Position numbers and translations under genes: made by a program. Source: Chloroflexota bacterium (GTDB lineage: Bacteria; Chloroflexota; Dehalococcoidia; DSTF01; JACRBR01). Taken from it: a stretch of DNA of 64,000 nucleotides. The notes beneath the pieces were generated by a model that was not told where the DNA came from, did no database searches, and worked only from the letters and a program-made list of their open reading frames with translations. The DNA lies in the NCBI GenBank assembly GCA_031400455.1, contig JANNPX010000029.1, positions 464 through 64,463 of the forward strand, given 5' to 3'. How positions within the stretch are numbered: the first letter of the stretch is position 1; every line of letters starts with the position of its first letter. Below, piece after piece: positions 19,489 through 31,746 of the stretch.

Positions 19489-20124
19489 ATGCAGATCACG
19501 CGTCAGGACATCCTCGACTACCTGCGCCGACACTCTGAAGCGACCGTCAAGGACCTCGGCCAGCACCTCGGTCTCACGGCCACCGGGATCCGCCAGCACT
19601 TGACAGTGCTCGAACGCGACGGTCTCGTTGAGGCGCGCGAGGAGCGCGGGCACGTCGGACGGCCAGCTCTCGTATATCGGCTGACGTCGGCCGGCGATGG
19701 GCTCTATCCCAAGAAGTACGACGAACTGGCAAACGCCCTGATCGAGGAGGTGCGGGATCTCCTCGGGCCGGAAGCGCTGCAGCGCCTGATGAAGAAGGTG
19801 GCGGCGCGATTCAGCGCGCCGTATCTACCGCGCCTGGAAGGGCGTCCCGCCGGCGAACGGCTGGCGATGGTGTCGCAGATCGTCGAGGACCGCGGCAACG
19901 TGGCCGAGTCGTCCTGGTCTGGCGACGACTACCTGATCGAGAAATACACATGTCCGTTCTGGAACGTTGCCGTCAAGAACAGCGCCGTCTGCGCGCTGGA
20001 TGTGGAGTTCGTGCGGCAGCTTGCGGGCACCGACGCGCGCCTGAGCACGAGCCTGCTGCGCGGTGACGGGCGTTGCACGTTCCGCATTCGGCCGCGCAAC
20101 GCTGCTGCGATCGCGCGGGCGTAG
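19489..20124 (+). CDS. Winged-helix transcriptional regulator (ArsR/DeoR-like N-terminus) with a Cys-containing C-terminal domain
   Basis: MQITRQDILDYLRRHSEATVKDLGQHLGLTATGIRQHLTVLERDGLV wHTH, and a C-terminus with CPFWN...CALD...C. Confidence 0.55.
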   Translation: MQITRQDILDYLRRHSEATVKDLGQHLGLTATGIRQHLTVLERDGLVEAREERGHVGRPALVYRLTSAGDGLYPKKYDELANALIEEVRDLLGPEALQRLMKKVAARFSAPYLPRLEGRPAGERLAMVSQIVEDRGNVAESSWSGDDYLIEKYTCPFWNVAVKNSAVCALDVEFVRQLAGTDARLSTSLLRGDGRCTFRIRPRNAAAIARA

Positions 20125-20233
20125 GGCGTTCACGGGCGGGGCGATCTCGTATGGGTCGAACGGTTTGTACGGGACGGAGAAGGTCCTTCGCTTCGCTCTG
20201 GACGACAGGGACGCAGGGCGCGAGCCCGCAACG

Positions 20234-21133
20234 CTAGAGACCGGCGCCCGTCCATACCGCGAGAGCGAAGCCGAACGCTAACAGCGAGCCGAAGAGCATG
20301 TGCAGGCCGGCTGTCTGCGCCAGCACGAGGTTCAAGGCGCGAGGCGATGTCTGCTGCGCTTCGAAGCGGACGATGCGGAGCGCGAGCGGCAGCGTGAGCA
20401 GCGTGAGCAGCACGGGCCACGGTGCGGCTCCTGCGATCGTCATGGCGACCACGACGCCGTAGCCGCTCAGCATCAGCACCACGTATTCGTAGTCGGCGAG
20501 CGGCCGGCCTGCCAACGCGGCAAGCGTCCACTTGTGGTGCTCGCGGTCGTTCTCGATGTCCCGCACGTTGTTGGCGTGCAGGATTGCCGCGACGAGCAGC
20601 GCGATGGGCAGCGACGCAATGAACGCTTCCCAGCTCCATGCTTCCGTCTGCACGTAGTACGCGCCGAGGACGATCACCGGCCCCATGAAGACGAAGACGA
20701 CGACTTCGCCGAGGCCGCGGTATGCCAGCGAGAACGGCGAGGCGGTGTAGAAGTAGCCGGCCGCGACGCTGGCCAGTCCAAGCGCGAGCACAGGCCATCC
20801 GGTCTGTGCTGTGATCGTCAGCCCGATCGCGGCGCCGATCGCGAACGCTACGATGCCACCCGCGAGCACGGAGCGAGCCGAGAGCAGTCCGCGCTGGATC
20901 ACGCCGCTCTGCCCCAGCGACTCCTCATTGTCGGTGCCCTTCGCGTGGTCGAAGTAGTCGTTCACCAGGTTGGTGCCGGCGTGGATGGCGATCGACCCGA
21001 GCAACGCCAGCACGAAGAGTAGAGGACGAAATTCGTCCTCTGCAGCTATGGCCGTCCCAACGAGGACGGGGATGACCGAGGCCGTGAATGAGACCGGACG
21101 GACGGCGGTGAGCCATGTGCGTATTCGCTGCAT
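20234..21133 (-). CDS. menA: 1,4-dihydroxy-2-naphthoate polyprenyltransferase (UbiA family)
   Basis: NLVNDYFDHAKGTD and DxxxD motifs, eight or more TM helices, and the N-terminus MQRIRTWLTAVRP typical of MenA. The alternative start MDGVAPV lies at 21178. Confidence 0.75.
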   Translation of the reverse strand: MQRIRTWLTAVRPVSFTASVIPVLVGTAIAAEDEFRPLLFVLALLGSIAIHAGTNLVNDYFDHAKGTDNEESLGQSGVIQRGLLSARSVLAGGIVAFAIGAAIGLTITAQTGWPVLALGLASVAAGYFYTASPFSLAYRGLGEVVVFVFMGPVIVLGAYYVQTEAWSWEAFIASLPIALLVAAILHANNVRDIENDREHHKWTLAALAGRPLADYEYVVLMLSGYGVVVAMTIAGAAPWPVLLTLLTLPLALRIVRFEAQQTSPRALNLVLAQTAGLHMLFGSLLAFGFALAVWTGAGL

Positions 21134-21378
21134 ATACTGATCGTACGGTCGTGGGAATACTGGAGCAACGCCATCCATGCGTTGCCCGAATACGTTCGGG
21201 ATCGACGCCGAAACATAACGTCCGCGCCTGACGTAGAGGGTGCGCCTGGCGGCGGGCCTGCGTATACTGACGCAGATCCGGGGCGGTGGCAGCCTCGTCT
21301 CACATCTCACTTTTACCGGACATCTCGACGCACGGGCACCGCGCGGCGGGCTGCCGCGATCGGGCCCGCCGGAGGGAC

Positions 21379-23481
21379 ATGGCCATTCGTACGTGGGTAG
21401 GGCGCTTCTGCGTGGCCGACGGTCACGTCGAGGAAGAGGGGCCGTGGCTCGGCTCGCTCATCCGGCAGCGCCCCGACGAGGAGGCGGACGAGCTTTACGT
21501 GCTCATCGAGCCGGCCTCGCCGTCAAGCGCCGAGTACACGTCGCAATTGGTCGACGTGATCTCGCAGCTCTACAGCAAGGATCCGCTGTCACTCACGGGC
21601 GCGCTTACGCGCTCGCTTCGCGCTGCGCACGATCACCTGCGCGAATGGAACCAGCGCAGTCTGCCGGAACACCAGGTGGGCGCCGGTGCGAGCTGTCTCG
21701 CGCTGCGAGGCCCGGACGCGTATCTCGCGCAGGTAGGGCCGAGCGTGGCATACATCCGAAGCGCCAGCGGCGATCTACGCCGCATCGAGGCGGACGATCT
21801 CGACTTCGATCACGCGCTCGGTGTCGCGGCCGATTTCGACTCGAAGCTCACGCGGATCAAGCTCGATCCGGGCGACCTCGTGCTCGTTGCGTCGACGCAG
21901 ATCGACGAGATCGCGCCGCGCGAGCACATCGAGCGCATCCTCGCGCGCGGATCGGATGAAGCGCTGCCGGAGTTCTACCTGCTGTGCCGGGATCGCCCGA
22001 ACATGGCGCTCGTGCTGCTCTCGTGCTTCGAAGAGCAGACGGAACAACCCCCGGACTTCCTGACGCGCGACGGCGACAGCGCGGCGCAGGCGGCGAAGAG
22101 CAACATCGACGAACCGCCTGCCGCCATAGGGAGCGTGCTTGTTGAAGCGCCGGTGGGAGCCGGACCGGCTGTTGCGGAGGCATCGCTTGGCGCCGGCGCG
22201 ATGGAAGGCTGGTCGCCGCCAGCACGTCCGATTCACGAGCAGGTTCGGGAGATCACGGATGCGACGGCGCCGGCGCCGGCGACGGGTGTCCGCCTGCGCG
22301 GCGACAGCGCAATCTCACGCTACAAGCGGACGACCGGCCCGCTACAGATGCCGCAGTTTCAGATCCCGCGCTTGGCCGTGTTCGCGGTGCTCGCGCTGGC
22401 GGTCGTGGGGCTGATGGCCTATCTCTATATTCCCGGCTCGCTGAAGGAGAATCGCGAAGCGGACTTCACCGCATCCGTCGCTGCTGCTCGCGAAGACAAT
22501 GCGCGGGCACAGGCGACCAGCGATCGCGGGCTCAAGCGCCAGCTTCTCGACGACGCGCAGGCGGAGCTCGTTGTGGCCGCGAAGATCCACAAGGACGATC
22601 CTGACGTCGTCTCGTTGCAGGCCGATGTCGCTTCCGCGCTGCAGTTGCTGGACAGCGTGTCGGAGGTGAAGGATTTCACGACGGTCGCCGACTTAGCGCA
22701 GCTCGTGACGGGCTCGCTCTCCGTTTTCCGTGCGGTGATCGGCGGGGACCAGGCGTACGTGCTGGACGCGAAGGGGAAGCGCGTGCTACGCGTGCCGCTC
22801 GACGGCAGCACGGCGCCCGAGACGATCATGCAGGAGGGGCAGCTCGGCGGGTTCGTGACGGCGGCGCGGCCCGTGCAGATCGCCTGGTCGGAGCAGACGC
22901 AGGCGCTCGTGATGGTCGATGAGAACCGGCAGGCGTTTGGCTACTTCCCGGCGAGCAAGGGGACACTGCCGCTGACCGTTCGCGGCGTGGACGGCATCGG
23001 TTCGTTCGACGCGATCTCCGGCACGAACGGCAACTTGTACGTGCTGGACCTCAAGGAGAACCAGGTCTGGCGCTACCTGCCCGGACAGGGCGGTTTCGAC
23101 AGTGAGCGCACGGCGCTGCTCGACCAGGTGGATCTGAGCAACGCGACGGAACTGGCAGTCGGCGAGGATGTGTATGTGCTGGACACCAAGCTGGGCATCC
23201 GGCGCTTCCGCGGCAAAGCCGAGACGCCGTTCCCGATCGCGGGCATCGATACGCCGCTGGTGTCGCCTGCGTCGATCGCAGTGCTGCCGGGCTCGAACCG
23301 CATCGTCGTGGCGGACCGCGGCAACAAGCGCATCGTGATCGCGTCGCAGGACGGCGCGTTCATCAAGCAGATCGTCAGCCCGTCGTTTACGGACCTGCGC
23401 GCGGTGTCCGTCGACGAGGGGAAGGGCCTGCTGTACGTGCTCAACGGCGACACGCTGCTGCGGGCCGCCTACGCGCCCTAG
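21379..23481 (+). CDS. PP2C-like Ser/Thr phosphatase domain fused via a TM helix to an extracytoplasmic NHL/beta-propeller-like domain
   Basis: N-terminal FCVADGHVEE..., ...DLVLVASTQIDE..., ...ALVLLSCFE (PP2C-like). A TM segment IPRLAVFAVLALAVVGLMAYL. C-terminal repeats with ...IVVADRGNKRIVIASQDGAFIKQI (NHL-like). GGAGGGA SD before the ATG at 21379. Confidence 0.55.
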   Translation: MAIRTWVGRFCVADGHVEEEGPWLGSLIRQRPDEEADELYVLIEPASPSSAEYTSQLVDVISQLYSKDPLSLTGALTRSLRAAHDHLREWNQRSLPEHQVGAGASCLALRGPDAYLAQVGPSVAYIRSASGDLRRIEADDLDFDHALGVAADFDSKLTRIKLDPGDLVLVASTQIDEIAPREHIERILARGSDEALPEFYLLCRDRPNMALVLLSCFEEQTEQPPDFLTRDGDSAAQAAKSNIDEPPAAIGSVLVEAPVGAGPAVAEASLGAGAMEGWSPPARPIHEQVREITDATAPAPATGVRLRGDSAISRYKRTTGPLQMPQFQIPRLAVFAVLALAVVGLMAYLYIPGSLKENREADFTASVAAAREDNARAQATSDRGLKRQLLDDAQAELVVAAKIHKDDPDVVSLQADVASALQLLDSVSEVKDFTTVADLAQLVTGSLSVFRAVIGGDQAYVLDAKGKRVLRVPLDGSTAPETIMQEGQLGGFVTAARPVQIAWSEQTQALVMVDENRQAFGYFPASKGTLPLTVRGVDGIGSFDAISGTNGNLYVLDLKENQVWRYLPGQGGFDSERTALLDQVDLSNATELAVGEDVYVLDTKLGIRRFRGKAETPFPIAGIDTPLVSPASIAVLPGSNRIVVADRGNKRIVIASQDGAFIKQIVSPSFTDLRAVSVDEGKGLLYVLNGDTLLRAAYAP

Positions 23482-23541
23482 GGCGCCGTCGCAGAATCGC
23501 ATCTCTGATATCGCAGAACCCCGCCGTAGAGGATCTCCCGG

Positions 23542-25224
<1,683 letters not shown>

Positions 25225-25426
25225 GATCTCCTCCGTTTGGGCAGGTTACAGCTTCGAGAGGACGCGGGACAGTAGCGGAGGCCGTTGTGCAGCTTCGACG
25301 ATGTCGGCGGGGCGCTTCAACGATGCGGGCGGGGCGTCCGCGCTCCGTTTGCGGCTTGACCGTTAGGCCCAGTTGACGGATGGTACGTGGACTGAACGAC
25401 GCTCAGTTTACTCGCGGAGGTGTCCT

Positions 25427-26308
25427 GTGCCCCGATCCATCACCCTCGTTGCCGCCGCCCTTGCGTGCGCGGCGCTGATCGCTGCCGCTTGTGGCGGCGA
25501 CAGCAAGAAAGACGCCACGGCTACTCCGGCGGCGCAATCGACCGCCGCGAAGACCAGCGCTGCCACCACCGCGGCAAAGACTCCGGCCGCGGGTGCTACC
25601 TCGAATGCAACCAAGGCTGCGACCGCGGCATCCGGGAGCACGGCCGCGGCAACGGCGCCCGCGCCCGCCGCGACGGCTCCTGCAGCCCCGCCGAGCGGCA
25701 AGACGTACACGGCCGAGCAAGCCACAGCACTGCTATTGGCGGCGTCCCTAAAGCCAACCGATGTCGCTTCCGACTGGACCGTGATGAGCGATACATCGTT
25801 GGATAATGCAGCCGCGGCGGCTGCGGATCCATCGTCGGCGGCGGCGATCGAGCGATGCGGACGCCTGGCGGGGCGTCTCGTTACGAACCAGCCCGCGGAT
25901 ACCGTGTCGGCGTACCTCGGTGGCACGATCGTGACCGCCTTCTCGCAACTCACGGTGTACTCGACGGCGGCGGGTGCGGCGGATTGCTCGGCAGAGGGCG
26001 CAGCGAAGTTCTCGGCGCCAGGCGCGCTGGCGCGCGCGTTCGGCTCGGTGTTCGTGAGTCCGGATGCCGTCGTCGTGACGCCGGTGGACTACCCGACGGT
26101 TGGCGACGGGTCGTTTGCCACGGCGCTGACGGGCGAAATCAACGCAGCCGGTACGGTCGTTGGCTTGCAGATCGTCATCGTCGCATTTCTAAAGGGCAAC
26201 ACATCGGCTGTGGTGGGCATCGCCTACTCGCCGTTGACCATTCCAACGACGACTGAGCTGAAGCCGCTCGTTGATCTGGTGCTGCAGCGGATTACGGCGA
26301 ACCAGTAG
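25427..26308 (+). CDS. Lipoprotein with an Ala/Thr-rich linker, hypothetical
   Basis: GTG at 25427 preceded by GGAGGTG. Signal plus lipobox VAAALACAALIAAACGG. The ORF track start at 25373 is a probable upstream extension. Confidence 0.5.
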   Translation: MPRSITLVAAALACAALIAAACGGDSKKDATATPAAQSTAAKTSAATTAAKTPAAGATSNATKAATAASGSTAAATAPAPAATAPAAPPSGKTYTAEQATALLLAASLKPTDVASDWTVMSDTSLDNAAAAAADPSSAAAIERCGRLAGRLVTNQPADTVSAYLGGTIVTAFSQLTVYSTAAGAADCSAEGAAKFSAPGALARAFGSVFVSPDAVVVTPVDYPTVGDGSFATALTGEINAAGTVVGLQIVIVAFLKGNTSAVVGIAYSPLTIPTTTELKPLVDLVLQRITANQ

Positions 26309-26312
26309 GCCG

Positions 26313-26969
26313 ATGACCGAACGATCGCTGACGGTCGATGTCCCGGGTAGCGGCAGCGTCAGCGCGCTGCGCATCACCGCGAAGGATGCCCGCTGGACGT
26401 TCATTTACGCGCCGGGCGCGGGGTCGAACATCCACGATCCGTTCGGGGCGTACGCCGCGCAGGCGCTGTCGGCGCTGGGCGTGACGATGGTGCGCTTCCA
26501 GTTCCCGTATATGGAGGCAGGTCGCAAGAGCCCGGATCGGCCAGCCGTTCTGGAAGCGACGTGGCGCGCCGTCATCGACTCCACTCGCGATTCGAAGACG
26601 CGGATCGTCGTTGGCGGGCGCTCGATGGGTGGGCGGATCGGCTCGATGGTCGTTGCAGAGGACGGTACGGCCGACGCGATTGCGCTCTTCGCATATCCGC
26701 TGCACCCGCCGGGCAAACCGGAGCAATTGCGGGTCGCGCACTTCACGTCGATCAAGGTGCCGTCGCTGTTCGTGTCCGGGACGAACGACGCGTTTGGTTC
26801 GCCGGATGAACTGCGCGCGGCCACGAAGCACGTGAAGCGCTCGAAGGTGCATCTGCTGGAGGGCGCCGATCATGGCTTTGCTGTGCGGAAGTCGAGCGGG
26901 CGCACGCGCGAGGACGTATGGGCGGAGGCGGTCGATGCGTTCGCGGTGTGGCTCGCGACGGTCGGGTGA
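26313..26969 (+). CDS. Alpha/beta-hydrolase fold protein (dienelactone-hydrolase/KANL3-like)
   Basis: GGRSMGGRIGS nucleophile elbow, and the catalytic region ...GADHGF.... Confidence 0.6.
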   Translation: MTERSLTVDVPGSGSVSALRITAKDARWTFIYAPGAGSNIHDPFGAYAAQALSALGVTMVRFQFPYMEAGRKSPDRPAVLEATWRAVIDSTRDSKTRIVVGGRSMGGRIGSMVVAEDGTADAIALFAYPLHPPGKPEQLRVAHFTSIKVPSLFVSGTNDAFGSPDELRAATKHVKRSKVHLLEGADHGFAVRKSSGRTREDVWAEAVDAFAVWLATVG

Positions 26970-27099
26970 GCGGCCCGGCGCGTGCGCCCGACGGCTGGAG
27001 CGGAGCGGCTCGCCGACGGCGGGAGGCGCGCGCCGACCGGAGAAGATTCTTCGCTTCGCTCTGAATGACCGCGGCCCGAGACACTCGACGGGCTGACGG

Positions 27100-28233
27100 C
27101 TAGCTCAGTTTCTCCTTGAGCTTGCCCATGAGGCCGCGGTCTTCTTGCGGCTTCACGGTCGTGCCCATCGAAGCGGCGAGTTGCTTGAGCAACTCTTTTT
27201 GCTCTTTGGTGGGGCTCTTCGGTGTGACGACGTTGACGTGGACGATCATGTCGCCGCGCCCACCACCACGCAGGTGCGGCACACCCTTCGACTTCACGAT
27301 GAACGTCTCGCCGGTCTGTGTGCCGGCGGGGATGCGCAGGTCGTGCGGGTCTCCGTCGATCGTCGGCACTTCGACCTCGTCGCCGAGGCCGACCTGCGCG
27401 AAGTTGAGGTCGAGATCGAGGATCAGGTCATCCTCGTCGCGCCGGAAGACTTCGTGCGGTTTGACGTTGAGCTGCAGGTAGAGATTGCCGCGCGGTCCGC
27501 CGTGGTTGCCGAGTTCGCCTTCGCCGCTCAGGCGCATCTGCGAGCCGTCGTCGACGCCGCCGGGGATCTTGACCGAGAGGCGGCGTTTGCGCTTCTCGCG
27601 TCCGATGCCACGGCAGTTCTTGCACGGGTGCGTGACGACACGGCCTTCGCCCCGGCAGCGATCACACATGGCGACGTTGACGAACTGGCCGAAGATGCTC
27701 TGCTGCGCACGACGAACTTCGCCGCTGCCATTGCACTGCGCACAGCGCTCCGGCTCCGTGCCGGGCTCGGCGCGCAGGCCGTTGCAGACGGAGCAGAGTT
27801 CTGCGGACTGGATCTCGAACTCCTTCTCGGCGCCGAACACGGCTTCCTCGAAGGTGATCGTTATCGAGCGACGAGCATCCGCTCCACGCGCCGGACCGCG
27901 CTGCGTGCGCGAGCCCGCGCCGCCGAAGAAGGCATCGAAGATGTCGCCGAGGCCGCCGAAGCCGAAGCCTTCGAATCCGCGCGCAAACCCGTCGGCGCCG
28001 GGCTGCGTCGCAGCGTGTCCGAAGCGGTCGTACATGGCGCGCTTCTCCGGATCGGAGAGCACTTCGTACGCCTCGCTGACCTCTTTGAACTTGGCCTCGG
28101 CGCCGGCTTCCTGGTTGCGGTCCGGGTGGAACTGCATCGCCAGCTTGCGGAAGGCCTTCTTCATCTCCTCGGCGCTGGCGCCGCGCGCCACACCGAGGAC
28201 ATCGTAGTAGTCTTGCTTTTGCTCTGTAGCCAT
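27100..28233 (-). CDS. dnaJ: Chaperone DnaJ (type I, with the CxxCxGxG zinc finger)
   Basis: J-domain with HPD (QFHPDRN), a G/F region, four CxxCxG repeats and a C-terminal domain. Confidence 0.9.
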   Translation of the reverse strand: MATEQKQDYYDVLGVARGASAEEMKKAFRKLAMQFHPDRNQEAGAEAKFKEVSEAYEVLSDPEKRAMYDRFGHAATQPGADGFARGFEGFGFGGLGDIFDAFFGGAGSRTQRGPARGADARRSITITFEEAVFGAEKEFEIQSAELCSVCNGLRAEPGTEPERCAQCNGSGEVRRAQQSIFGQFVNVAMCDRCRGEGRVVTHPCKNCRGIGREKRKRRLSVKIPGGVDDGSQMRLSGEGELGNHGGPRGNLYLQLNVKPHEVFRRDEDDLILDLDLNFAQVGLGDEVEVPTIDGDPHDLRIPAGTQTGETFIVKSKGVPHLRGGGRGDMIVHVNVVTPKSPTKEQKELLKQLAASMGTTVKPQEDRGLMGKLKEKLS

Positions 28234-28331
28234 CTAGCCTGTATCGCCCCGCATACGTCAGATCCGTATTGGTGCTCCATTGTAGCGAAGGGCAGGCTCC
28301 CGCGGATATTGCGTCGGTTCGCCGTGGACGA

Positions 28332-28364
28332 CGAGAGGGACGCGCGATCTGCGCGCCCCTCTCG
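28332..28364 (-). terminator. Candidate GC-rich hairpin after the sigma/anti-sigma/SIMPL operon
   Basis: cgagaggg...ccctctcg 8-bp outer stem, 25 nt after the SIMPL gene stop. No U-tract. Confidence 0.25.
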
Positions 28365-28387
28365 TTCGGCCGGTGATAGCCGGCGTG

Positions 28388-29137
28388 CTAGTTGATGTTC
28401 CAGGTGACCGAGACGTTGATGATGACGTCCAGCTCACCGACCTGAATGGGCGTTTCCGGTGCGGCATCGCGGGCGCTCAGCTCCGCGCCGGCGCTCGCCC
28501 CGTAGTAGTAGGGGCCTGGTGAGTAGCTGGACTCCGAGATGAACAGCGCCTCGCCGACGTTCACGCCTGCGGCCTTCGCCAGCGTCTCCGCCTTCGCCTT
28601 GGCGTCGGCCACCGCGGCCTCCCGAGCCTGCTTCTGCAGTTCGGTCGGGTTGTCGATCGTGAACGCAAGATTCTGGATGGTGGTGTTGTTTCCGCCCGCA
28701 GTGACGGCGTCGTCGACCACTTGGCTGGTCTTGTTGATGTCGCGCAGCTTGACGCTGAGGACATTTGTCACCTGGAAGCCGCGCAACTCCTGTTTGTTGT
28801 TGTTGTAGTCGTACTGTGGCTGGATGCTGAGTTGCTGGGTCTGGACGTCCTTGTCCTCGACGCCGTTCGCCTTGAGCGACTTAATTATCGCGTCGAGCGA
28901 GGTGGCTGCCTGGTCACGCGCTTCTTGCACGGTGCTCGCTTCCGCCATCACGCCGAGTGACAGGTTGGCGATGTCCGGCTTGCCGCTGACCTTCCCCTCG
29001 CCGTTGACGCTGATGCCCTTTTGGGACTGATCTTGCGCTCCCACACTCGTTACCTCATCGCCGCAGCCAACGGCCGCGATCGACAGCGCTAACAGCACAC
29101 CCAACCCGGCGACTGCCCCTAGCTTCCTGCGATTCAT
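28388..29137 (-). CDS. SIMPL-domain (DUF541, YggE-like) lipoprotein
   Basis: MNRRKLGAVAGLGVLLALSIAAVGCG lipobox, and the characteristic two-repeat SIMPL sequence. The start ATG overlaps the stop of the upstream anti-sigma gene (ATGA). Confidence 0.7.
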   Translation of the reverse strand: MNRRKLGAVAGLGVLLALSIAAVGCGDEVTSVGAQDQSQKGISVNGEGKVSGKPDIANLSLGVMAEASTVQEARDQAATSLDAIIKSLKANGVEDKDVQTQQLSIQPQYDYNNNKQELRGFQVTNVLSVKLRDINKTSQVVDDAVTAGGNNTTIQNLAFTIDNPTELQKQAREAAVADAKAKAETLAKAAGVNVGEALFISESSYSPGPYYYGASAGAELSARDAAPETPIQVGELDVIINVSVTWNIN

Positions 29138-29967
29138 AATGCTTCTTCTCCTCTGTGTCTCCACCAACGGATGGCAATGGCGGCCGCGATCAGTGCGGCT
29201 GCGACCCCGATTATCTGTATGACGATGAGCGCTGTCGATTTGTTCCCGTCGTCCTCCGGCGCAGCGGCGGCGGCCGCCTGAATCTGCACGGCCGCCGTGG
29301 CGACAGCTCGGGCGGCGTCGGAGGCGAACATATTCGTCGTGCTGTACTGAAGTGACGCGTCAGCGCCTCCAGCGGCTTCAGAAGTTGGTTGAAGGGATGG
29401 CACTGCGGCTTCCGGCGGTGCAACCTCGCCCGTGGACGGCGCGATTTCGCGGGAATCCAGCGCGCTTGGCCCATTCGCATCGGCAGCGGCACCGCTGCCC
29501 ATGTCGAGCGCGGCGCCCGCAGCACCGTCGAGTGCAGCGGTTGGGCCCGGCGCTGAAGCGACGGCCTCCGAGCCGTGCTGCGACTTCGCCGACTCTTGCG
29601 AGCTGCTGGAGCTGCCATCCGAATAGAGTGACGCGCCGACGACGACTGCTACGACGACGCTGGCGAATGCGCCTGCCGCGGGCGCCCAGCGCAGCATCGG
29701 CGAGCGCGGCGCGGTGACCGGCACGGTGTCGGCAACGCGCAGCCGGAATGAGCGCGGCGCCGTCGCTTCCGGCATCGAGCGCAGGGCCGCGCGGGTGGCG
29801 CGCAGGCCGTCAAGCTGGGCGCCGCAGGCATCGCAAGTCGCGACGTGCGCGTCGAGGCGTGCCGATGCGGGCGCATCGAGCATGCCGTCAAGCTGCGCCG
29901 ACAGCGCGTTGACGTCGGGCTGATGCCTACGAAAGGATCGCAACAGGTTGTTCACACGTAACCCCAT
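29134..29967 (-). CDS. Anti-sigma factor (zf-HC2 N-terminus, one TM, extracytoplasmic domain)
   Basis: ...HVATCDACGAQLDGL... zinc-finger motif, then a TM and an Ala/Ser-rich C-terminus. Sits directly after an ECF sigma gene. Confidence 0.65.
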   Translation of the reverse strand: MGLRVNNLLRSFRRHQPDVNALSAQLDGMLDAPASARLDAHVATCDACGAQLDGLRATRAALRSMPEATAPRSFRLRVADTVPVTAPRSPMLRWAPAAGAFASVVVAVVVGASLYSDGSSSSSQESAKSQHGSEAVASAPGPTAALDGAAGAALDMGSGAAADANGPSALDSREIAPSTGEVAPPEAAVPSLQPTSEAAGGADASLQYSTTNMFASDAARAVATAAVQIQAAAAAAPEDDGNKSTALIVIQIIGVAAALIAAAIAIRWWRHRGEEAL

Positions 29968-30016
29968 GGCAAGGCCGTACGCTGATCACGGTCTTGATGA
30001 TATGACGCTGCACCGC

Positions 30017-30619
30017 TCACGAATGTTCCCCCGGCCCAAGCTCGCGCCGCAGCTTCTCCCGCCCGCGCGCGATGCGAGACTTGACGGTGCCGACCGACGT
30101 CCGCATCGTCGCGGCGATCTCCTCGTACGCGAAGCCTTGCATGTCGCACATCACGACGGCCAGGCGCTGATCCGCCGGCAATCGCAGCAGGGCACGCTGT
30201 ACGGTGTCGTGCAGCTCGCTCCGAAGCGCCTCCGTTTCCGGGCCGGCAGCGGCGTCCGCAACGTCGATCGGGTCGTCGCTGCCAGGGGCCGGCGCGTCCA
30301 GCGATACGGCGGGCCGGCGGCCGCGGCGGCGCAGTTCGTCGATGCTGGCGTTGGACGCGATTCGCATCAGCCACGGGCGAAACGCGCCGCCCTTGAAGGT
30401 GCGAATGTTGCGGTACGCGGACAGAAATGCGTCCTGCGCCGCATCTTCGGCGGATGCCGGACTGCCGAGCATACGGAGACACAGGTTGTAGACCGCACGC
30501 TGGTGGAGATCTACGAGCCGGTTGAAGGCGTCGAGATCACCTTCCCGGGCAAGGCGAAGCGCGTCCGATTCGCCATCCGGATCGCTGGAGGTGGGCCCCG
30601 GAGCAGGATTTCCTATCAA
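30017..30619 (-). CDS. ECF (sigma-70 family group 4) sigma factor
   Basis: Region 2 (...AQDAFLSAYRNIRTF...) and region 4 (...EIAATMRTSVGTVKSRIARGREKLR). Confidence 0.85.
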   Translation of the reverse strand: MIGNPAPGPTSSDPDGESDALRLAREGDLDAFNRLVDLHQRAVYNLCLRMLGSPASAEDAAQDAFLSAYRNIRTFKGGAFRPWLMRIASNASIDELRRRGRRPAVSLDAPAPGSDDPIDVADAAAGPETEALRSELHDTVQRALLRLPADQRLAVVMCDMQGFAYEEIAATMRTSVGTVKSRIARGREKLRRELGPGEHS

Positions 30620-30681
30620 TCGCGCAGATTCTAACAGAGTGTGACGGTGCGCCCTCGGCCGCGTGCTAGAATGCAGAGCTT

Positions 30682-31704
30682 ATGTCCAACGATCCCACCG
30701 GCCCGGACGATCCGTCAGGGCATTCCCCGCAACCAATAGAACCCGTAGCGGAGCAGCCCGATTCCGAGGGCACGGCATCCACGCGACCGCCGGCGGAGTC
30801 GCCGATCTTCGCGGCCACCCCACCTGAGCCCGCAATGGACGCGTCATCAGTAGCGGAGCCGGATGTCGACGAAGCGGCACCCGAAGCCGGTGAATCGCCG
30901 CTCGTCGAGGCCTGGCCGCGGCCCGAGCCGGTGGACCCGTACCTCGATGTGCCGGCGTCGCTCGAGCTTTCGTACACAGATGCTGACATAGGACTGAGCC
31001 CGAAGGCGTATGACCGGGTCTACTCGTACGAGGCGATCCAGAAGAAGAGGCGCCGCAGCAGCGGAAGCCGCGCGCGCAAGGTCGGCCGGGAGCTGGCCGA
31101 GACCGTCATCCTGGCGCTGCTCATCTTCTTCGCCGTGAAGGCTGTCGTTCAGAACTTTCGCGTCGAAGGCGCCAGCATGGAGCCGACGATGCACAACAAC
31201 GAGTACCTGCTCGTGAACAAGGCGCTGTACCTTCGCGTTAACCTCGACCGCATCCACGATTTCCTGCCGTTTCTGCCCGGTGGAAACGATGACGAGCACC
31301 ATGTATTCCGCGCTCCGCGCCGCGGCGACATCGTCGTGTTCAAGTTCCCGCTCGATCCGAGCCGGGACTTCATCAAGCGCGTCATCGGTGTGCCGGGCGA
31401 TACCGTCGAAGTGCGCGACGAGACGGTGTTTATCAACGGCAGCCCGCTGAAAGAGGACTACATCAAGGACAAGCCGAACTACACCTACGCGCCGAAAACG
31501 GTGCCGGAGGGGATGTACTACGTGCTGGGCGACAACCGGCGCAACAGCTTCGACTCGCACGCGTGGGGCAACAGCTGCACTCCGCAGCAACTCTGCGACT
31601 TCGTGCCGGAGGAGAACATCATCGGCCAGGCGTGGGTGTCGTACTGGCCGTTCGACGAGCTCGGCTTCATCCCGAACCGCGTGATCAACCCGCAAGCGCC
31701 GTAA
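30682..31704 (+). CDS. lepB: Signal peptidase I with a long acidic/Pro-rich N-terminal extension
   Basis: Conserved boxes ...EGASMEPTM... (Ser), ...RGDIVVFKFP..., ...KRVIGVPGD... (Lys), ...VLGDNRRNSFDSHAWG.... Confidence 0.85.
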   Translation: MSNDPTGPDDPSGHSPQPIEPVAEQPDSEGTASTRPPAESPIFAATPPEPAMDASSVAEPDVDEAAPEAGESPLVEAWPRPEPVDPYLDVPASLELSYTDADIGLSPKAYDRVYSYEAIQKKRRRSSGSRARKVGRELAETVILALLIFFAVKAVVQNFRVEGASMEPTMHNNEYLLVNKALYLRVNLDRIHDFLPFLPGGNDDEHHVFRAPRRGDIVVFKFPLDPSRDFIKRVIGVPGDTVEVRDETVFINGSPLKEDYIKDKPNYTYAPKTVPEGMYYVLGDNRRNSFDSHAWGNSCTPQQLCDFVPEENIIGQAWVSYWPFDELGFIPNRVINPQAP

Positions 31705-31746
31705 CGCACGAACATCCACGACCGATCGCTGAGTCATTGCGCGTAG

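Noticed and set aside
27100-28330. CIRCE or HAIR heat-shock operator upstream of dnaJ
   Set aside because: Neither the CIRCE (TTAGCACTC-N9-GAGTGCTAA) nor the HAIR (CTTGAGT-N7-ACTCAAG) consensus is present in the 100 nt upstream of the start codon.
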